64,000 bases of DNA from the human T2T-CHM13v2.0 reference genome, Homo sapiens. Of this stretch, positions 56,567-64,000 are shown piece after piece. A program made the position numbers and the translations under genes. Where the stretch lies: the NCBI RefSeq assembly GCF_009914755.1, contig NC_060931.1; one strand, given 5' to 3'. Position 1 is the stretch's first letter. Each line of letters begins with the position of its first letter. A model generated the notes under the pieces. It made no database searches and was not told the DNA's origin. It saw nothing but the letters and a program-made list of their open reading frames with translations.

Positions 56567-57241
56567 CAGCTATCATTTATTGACTAATTCTAACCTTAAT
56601 GAAATAGTTCCTGATTTTTAGATTTACTTCCAATTTCCCCATCCCATCTTAAATACTACCACAAACTGTTCTGAAAACTCTTTCCTAAATACACATAAGT
56701 TTCCTTCTCAAGAACCCATAATTTCTCCTTGTTCATCAAATCAATTTTAAGTATCAATCCTAAGATACCCCATCAACTAATCTAACTTTGCTTTCTTATC
56801 TAACGGCATTTTCCCCATTCCCTAACGCATACCTTCCACTTCAATCACACTAATTTTCTTCATTTCCTCAATATGTCAGATTCATACTTCTCACTTTATC
56901 ATGTTTAATTAGAAAACCTACTTGCCACTTACTTAAATTGTACCCATTCTACAAGATCCATCTCATGCAGTACTTGCTTGTGCCATATGTTCTTCACAAT
57001 AACTTAAATTTTATCTTGTATTGTTTAAGACGTTTAATCAATAAGCCACATTTCTCATGTAATTGAAGAATAGGCTGGTGAAATCTTAAGTGCTTAATCA
57101 ATGTGCATTGAATTGAGCTAAATTTATATACTTAACTTGAATTTATATGCTTCAATATTGTACTGTTGAGGTTAAACATCTTTAAAATTACTTTCATATT
57201 ATTTTATATTATTTGGTCACTCCCAAGTTTTCTCAGCTACA

Positions 57242-57340
57242 GAGCTCATGAGGTTGAGACCACAGTGAGCTGTAGTTGTGCCACTGCACTCAGCCCAGGT
57301 GACAGAGCAAGATCTTGTCTTAAAAATAAATAAAAATAAA
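57242..57340 (+). mobile_element. AluJ-like 3' fragment
   Basis: gagctcatgaggttgag..ccactgcactc..gacagagcaagatcttgtct plus A tail. Confidence 0.85.
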
Positions 57341-57646
57341 TGACAGATGAAAACTTTATTCCATCATATGATGTAATTTTATACACGTGGAAGTAAATGA
57401 ATAAGCTTTCATGCACAGAGCACTGGAAATTTTGATGTAGTTTATTCTGTCCAATATATAAAATTACTATATAAAATTACCTAGGAAAGTAATGAGCACT
57501 TAGTGTAATTCTCCTGTTTTCTGAGTTCACCTATTGAGGAAAACTGAAGAGTGTTTTCATAGTCAAGTTTCAACTGAATTTAAGTCCTGAGGGATGAAAA
57601 CTAAAGTATATACACACATGTATATTTTAGGAAACTTTCTTAGGAG

Positions 57647-57647
<1 letters not shown>

Positions 57648-57682
<35 letters not shown>
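57648..57682. repeat. (CA)n microsatellite
   Basis: Direct reading. Confidence 0.95.
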
Positions 57683-57684
<2 letters not shown>

Positions 57685-58249
57685 CCTAAGAAAGTCTCAA
57701 GGGAAAAAATGTCAGTGGGATGAGCCCTTTTAGGAGAAGCAGAATAAAAGACTGACTACAAATCAAAAAGCCAAAGAAGAAGCCACAGACAGAAATGGAG
57801 ACAAGATCCAGAAGCCAGGCTGAAACAGGAGGGCAACAAATCAAGTCAGGAAATAACTGATATGAAGCACATCGGTGCCTTAATAGTGGCTGAATATGTG
57901 GGCTAGTTTAAAGGTGAAAAAGTCTCTTGACGCCATAAATATAACACATATTTCTAAAAAGAAATTCATTGAAAAGGGGGAGGAGAATTATTTTATTCCT
58001 TTAGAAAGTATAAGATCAAAGCACAGAGCAATATTTTTCCAAATCTGCTCAAAATCTTGCCAGACATGGTGTTATGTCAGTCCACTTCCACTTACAGAAT
58101 TAGCCATAGTGCTTCTAATTATGACCACTGCAAAAAAAGTAAAAATACTAGTAAAATGTAAATTGAAGTGAAAGCTATTCATTTATAGGAAAGGTATCAT
58201 ACAAACTCACAGACATTCTTAGAACTGGAGATTTATAAAATTTAGGTAC

Positions 58250-58330
58250 CAATTGAATATGCAATTGTTTCTTCTGCATTATTTGCCCAGAAGAACCAAT
58301 ACTTCACAAACTGTGTTTAGACTTTATTAG
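58250..58330 (-). pseudogene. Relic exon (A)NKV*TQFVKYWFFWANNAEETIAYSI
   Basis: ttttgctcag / gtacct; 81 nt, phase 1-1, compatible with both neighbours; TQFV ~ GREB1 TLFV. Confidence 0.6.
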
Positions 58331-59556
58331 CTGAGCAAAATTAATGACAAGAGAATGCCACGAGACAATTTTGATAGTTGCTTTTCATATCATGAATACT
58401 TATCTTTCAAAAGAGGAAGCAATGTTAAATATGCTTAATATGGTTTAATCCTCTCAAAGACTTTGTAAGGTATCAATGAAACTTGCACATGTGTGTCAGT
58501 TAGGTTTTAGTACAGGAAACAGATAAGTTTCAGGTATTTCAAGTAAATAGGGATTTAAAACAGGGAATAAAATGCTTACTAAATCTTTGGGAAGGCTAGA
58601 GAGAGAGGCTCTAGGCTGGGAATTCAGAAATGTTTCCATAACACTGTAGAACTGACTTATTAGAGAAAGATGACCTTTGCTTCAATCAGAAAAGTGGGGA
58701 CTTCAGAAGTCACTATAAAATTTATTGACTTCAAAAACACACCATTGTAGCCACAATTAAGAGATCAGGGAGCCACTACTGCTCACACCCCTACAGCCTC
58801 TCAAACCCTAGAACTTGGATGCTGGAACCCATCACAGAAAACTCATATTTCCACAATCTCACTTATTAGCAGAAAACAATGGAAGCAGCAGGAAGATGAC
58901 CTCCACTTGACTTTTGCTTCCAAATCTCAACAAGTGCACCTAATTGGATGAAACTTATTTACATTTGGAAGTTTAATGGCACAGGAATCTGGGAAAATTT
59001 AGTTTTTAGCTTTCCAGCTGCTGTAGTATAGAAATACACAGAATGGAAAAGTGCAAATGGTTGCCAGTTGGCCATATCCACCATACTGAGATTCAAAGGT
59101 TTTAGAAATTTCTTATCCAAGGTCACAGAACTTGTGAGTGCTAGAGCAACAAACTTGAATTCAAAGATTTTGGCCACTTGCCCAGTGCTCTTTCCACTAC
59201 ATCAGTCTACAGCACTGATTACTCTCTGAAGACATTTGCCAAAGGAGACATATTTTCAAATCTTGTGCTAATTATATTTTTCACTGAAGCATTAATTCAG
59301 GCATCTGTGAACATTGTTACCTTTTAGTCTTATGTCAAACCTAGTTCTTCTTCCAAACTCAGACTTAATCTTATTTTACAGTAATTACAGTTAAACCAAC
59401 ACTGCTAGGGTTTAATACCTTTGAGTATTTTTCTCAGCAGGCTTGCTGCTTAATCCATTTAATGTCAGAACAACACAAACCTTCTTATTAAAATGGGGGA
59501 AAGGACGTTATTAGAGACTGCATTAGTGGTCTTTTCTTCTTTGGGGTAAAACCTAC

Positions 59557-59598
59557 CAATATGGCAATATTTGCACCTTATCTTTATTTTGTTTTCTG
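59557..59598 (-). pseudogene. Relic exon (A)ENKIKIRCKYCHI
   Basis: Pyrimidine-rich tract then ggtcag acceptor, gtaggt donor; 42 nt, phase 1-1; joined TEAENKIK ~ GREB1 TEAQTKFK. Confidence 0.65.
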
Positions 59599-60480
59599 CT
59601 GACCACATACAGAAAAACATTAAAAAAGGAAAGATTTCAGATGTTAAATCCCCTTGAATTCTAATTACACATAAAAGTAGAATGAAAGCTCTCTGAAGCA
59701 AATATTCCTAGATTTGTACTTTAATATTAAAATAAAAAATATGAACTATGCAAATATTTGGACAAAATGAAAAAATATAATGCCTCAGTAATATTCATAT
59801 TCAATTAAATCATCACTTTCATTTCAAATGCACTTTAAAGTAATTTGGGGAACATATTTTAAAATGTACATACAATGACCTAAGTACAAAGATTCCTAAC
59901 ATATACCTTAAGAGAAAAATAGAAATTACTACCTAACACTTCTGATTAGACTTAAGCAACAATACTATGTTAAAATTAAAGAGGTGATTAAATTCATATA
60001 AATAAAAGGTACATATCATGATTGTAGTTAGAAGAGATTTGATTGCACTCTTTAAACAAGGAGATAATTATTGTTCAAAAGTTGTTAGATCAAGTGGATC
60101 TAGTAGTTTTGTGCTAAGAGCATATAGAAAAGAATATAATAAAGAAACAATGTATGTGGTTGTTAAGGATCAAATAAAGACGTTATGTGAGTCTTGTGTA
60201 GGTTAGATTACATCAGTATCACAGATTATTTATCTCCACATATTCATTAGATACAGAATGTTAACTTTATAAGAGTTGGCAAATTTTTAAATCAAAAGGA
60301 ACTATTGTATTCAGCACACAAAGCAGTGAAGGCTGTGATTAACCTCAAGAGAAGTTTGGGGTGCTTACTAGAGAAAACAATTGATCCTGAGATTTTTCTG
60401 AACATTTCTATTTGTCATTGGAATCCGTCTTTTGTAAAAGACTGTTTTCACTCCTGAAAGTCATTATGTACTCTCTCTGT

Positions 60481-60482
<2 letters not shown>

Positions 60483-60516
<34 letters not shown>

Positions 60517-60520
60517 ACAC
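60483..60520. repeat. (CA)n microsatellite
   Basis: Direct reading. Confidence 0.95.
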
Positions 60521-60808
60521 CCCTCTATATATAATATACACACATATAAATGTTGAGGGGTATATTAGAGAGATCACACAATAAGGCTTTTTCCTTTGCT
60601 TTTTACATAGGAAACTAAAATAATAAGTTCAATTTAACTTCTAAATTCATTCAGATTAGAAAGAAAAATAATTAAAAATTGTGATAGTATTTTTTTTGTT
60701 GAAGGATCTTTTACATTAAAGTCAGCAGTATTATTTGGTAAGTGGGCTACAGAGTAGAACTTAAAAAATATATCCCTATCTCAGTTATCCCACATTTTTA
60801 GTATCTTA

Positions 60809-61201
<393 letters not shown>

Positions 61202-61906
61202 TTATATATATGTAATTATATATATTATTTAATATATGTATGTTTGTGTGTGTGTACTTGCTTTTTAAACAGACTTATGTTGGACATATATTTCAATGTC
61301 AAAGACAGTGCTTTTCATTATTCTTTAGGTAAAATAATGAGGTGTACATGACTCTAGTAAGAGCTAATTGGAAAATTATAATGTTTGACACTCCTTTACT
61401 GTTTTGTTTTCTTATTTTTTGACTATTAATTAAAAGGATGTGTAGAAAACATGAAAAATTAAGTATTAATTTCATGGTGACAGATATTTACCATCTATTT
61501 TTTCTGAGCATAACATATAGTAATATAGAACTCAGAAATTACTGGCTTAAATCAATGCTATTGTTTATTACCAAATTAACCATTATTATTCTAGTCATCT
61601 ACTGAGGAGTATAGTTTCCAAATAAAACTTAAATTGCCACTTAGAGACTTGACCCTAAAGATGTAATGACATAAAGTGCTCAGTTTTGAGAAGTATATTT
61701 CACTTTGTGTACTGATGGATTTTCCTCATCTTGTTGAGCAGATACTAAAAGGTAAGAAAAGGGCTATTAAGTTACAGCTATTAAGTACTATTTATTATTA
61801 TTGAAAAAAATATCATCTTTAGGTTGACTGATAATGACATTTCTTTTAGAAGGATTGAGTGTTTGTGTGCCTAAAAACCACGACCTACTTCATAACTGGC
61901 TAATAC

Positions 61907-62036
61907 CTTCAGTATGAACAAACTTTTTAAGAATAAACTGCTGTATGTGAGGCTACTTCTTTTATTAATATTTCATGTAGGGCATGTTTATAAATATTTG
62001 AGAAAATTCTATCAGAATGTCAACCTTTTTTATATC
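61907..62036 (-). pseudogene. Relic exon DIKKVDILIEFSQIFINMPYMKY**KK*PHIQQFILKKFVHTE
   Basis: ttttag / gtatta; phase 0-1; KKVDILI ~ GREB1 EKVDFLI and IQQFILK..HTE ~ VEQYVLKLDTE. Confidence 0.75.
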
Positions 62037-62348
62037 CTAAAATAGGCAAATACTAATTAAAACAAAATGGTCTGGGGGATTGAATTACCCTCTACTGACC
62101 TCCATTTTTCTCATCTTGTTAATGCAGTTCTTACTGAAATTAACATTTGTCTGAACTGTTCAAGAGTAACTAAAAAAAACCAAAGTTTGCATTTTATATC
62201 ATTCATTTACTTTACATATACAATCAAAGCACTCTAACAGGTTACAGATTGGTGTTTTTACTCATATAGGTGTATGTCAACTTTCTTTTATAGGGGAGAT
62301 TTGCTTCAAAGAATTATACAAAAAACTGGCATAAATATGACCACTCAC

Positions 62349-62524
62349 AAAATGTGTTTAAATAAGTAAATAATATGGAAAAATACAACACAAATATGTA
62401 ATGAATATTTGAAAACCCTGGTTTCTGAAGAGTTTAGATAGGGATTGTTTACATTATAATCTACTTGGTATTTCTTTAAATACCAATGTATCCCAAAATA
62501 ATTATTCGATTCACATGCTTTTCT
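62349..62524 (-). pseudogene. Relic exon RKACESNNYFGIHWYLKKYQVDYNVNNPYL/(frameshift)FQIFITYLCCIFPYY
   Basis: tttcag acceptor, gtgagt donor; 176 nt (one base short of phase 0-0); ITYLCCI resembles GREB1 LSHVCSI. Confidence 0.65.
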
Positions 62525-63288
62525 CTGAAACATATTTGCTTTATGTAATTTATTTAAAGGCTCAGATAACCAGAATGAATTCAACCTAACGCAAGGATTA
62601 AAAGAATGTAAGAGATCTGTCCAAGATCTGGGAATACATCGAATCCTTCCTACTCATTTTCATCAGAAGCCCTCGCCTCTGTGAAGACAGATGGGAGCTC
62701 CATCTACATTCAGGCAGGAAGGCCACTCAACTAAAGTTTAAAGTTTTACAAGGAAAATTCCTACAGCTTGCTTTAGGAGGGAAGGGTGGAGAACATTCTG
62801 TTTTACAGGACACTCCACCCTCAGCTATATCCCCTTGATTAATTATGTAACCAGATCTCCTTCATCAACTTACCGATTAGGTAATGGCAGGTATTTCTGA
62901 TGCTTGGTATGGGGTCTGAGTGAGGAGGGTCCTAAAAATATTACTTATGCAGCTGTTTTGCATAGCATTAAAGTGAAAAGCTTTAACTTGCAGTACAAGT
63001 TAACATTTGTTCCAGACTTTTTTTTTTAAACTATTATTTTAGCATGTAAGCCTTATAGACATAAATCCTGTCTACTGATACATTATAAAGTCTCAGAAAA
63101 GTCAGTGATTATATACAGGAAAGTAGATAAAGGAGAAATTTCAAATGCATAAGAACAAGCAAAAAGGTATTCGTAAGGTATTAGAAACTATTAGCATTTT
63201 AGTATAAATAACTGGTGAATACAGCAAAATGAATAATTTGTGGTTAGTATAAATCAGCTAAATTCTTGTAATGCACAACTAACTACAC

Positions 63289-63402
63289 ATATTCTTCAGC
63301 CCACGGAGGCCATACAATGGAGATTTGGGATTCTAACTTTGTTTTCAAAATGGAGAAGTGCAGAAACTTTGAATCTTTTAAAATTTATCTTCCATCTGTT
63401 TC
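63289..63402 (-). pseudogene. Relic exon ETDGR*ILKDSKFLHFSILKTKLESQISIVWPPWAEEY
   Basis: ttacag acceptor, weak gtgtag donor; 114 nt, phase 0-0, one TAA stop. Confidence 0.5.
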
Positions 63403-63649
63403 CTGTAATATCAAGATTTAGAGCAAGGTCTAAAGCTTTATCTTACGTAAAAGCTGGGTGCCTAATATGTATCTGTCCTGACCTCCCATGGAAACAATTA
63501 TCAGGCTTCAGATATTTTGTCTCTCAATTTTTTAACTTGAAAGTACATGGCTATTTATTTTTGCACTTATTTTTTGTTTTTATTGTGCAATTTTTCAACA
63601 TATGGCAAAGTTGAAAGAATACCACAAATGTTTGTATACCTTTCATAAT

Positions 63650-63723
63650 TGTGTATATGTGTATGTGTGTGTATATATATATGTATATATGTATATATAT
63701 ATATGTATATATGTGTATATATA

Positions 63724-63768
<45 letters not shown>
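63650..63768. repeat. (TA/TG)n compound microsatellite
   Basis: Direct reading. Confidence 0.95.
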
Positions 63769-64000
63769 GAATGTTGCAGCATGCATTTCCTGAGAATAAG
63801 GATCTTCTCTTTATTCTAGAGGTATATACCTCTACAGGTGATAGAGGTATATAACCACAATACCTCTATCACCTGTAAAATCCCGATTCCAGGACACAAC
63901 ATAGATAAATTAAATAAAAATTTTTGTAGTGGAGCCAAGGATCCGTAATTTTTACAGTTCTCAAGTGACTACAATATGCAACAAATGTTGAGAACCACTG

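Overview
Primate (human-like) genomic DNA, AT-rich and dense in Alu, L1 and MaLR/ERV LTR repeats. No intact protein-coding gene is supported; the long ORFs in the track are L1 ORF2, Alu-derived or chance. The main finding is a disabled multi-exon gene on the minus strand, entering at the right edge (>63.4 kb) and running to ~1.1 kb. About 25 relic exons keep AG/GT splice sites and often chain in phase, but carry many stops and frameshifts. Exons from ~63.4 to ~21.1 kb align in order with the middle and C-terminal parts of GREB1/GREB1L (permuted SF2-helicase-like region and TAGT glycosyltransferase domain). Exons from ~18.8 to ~1.1 kb resemble DEDD/DEDD2: two DED-like units and two tandem copies of the DEDD C-terminal (TRADD-N-like) domain. 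The inferred ancestor is a third GREB1-family gene fused to a DEDD-like module, now a pseudogene. All protein alignments were made by eye against my recollection of human GREB1 and DEDD and need tblastn/HMM confirmation. Other observations: a templated inverted insertion that frameshifts one exon, a young AluYa5-like element inside a relic exon, and an inversion that splits an Alu next to an inverted duplication.
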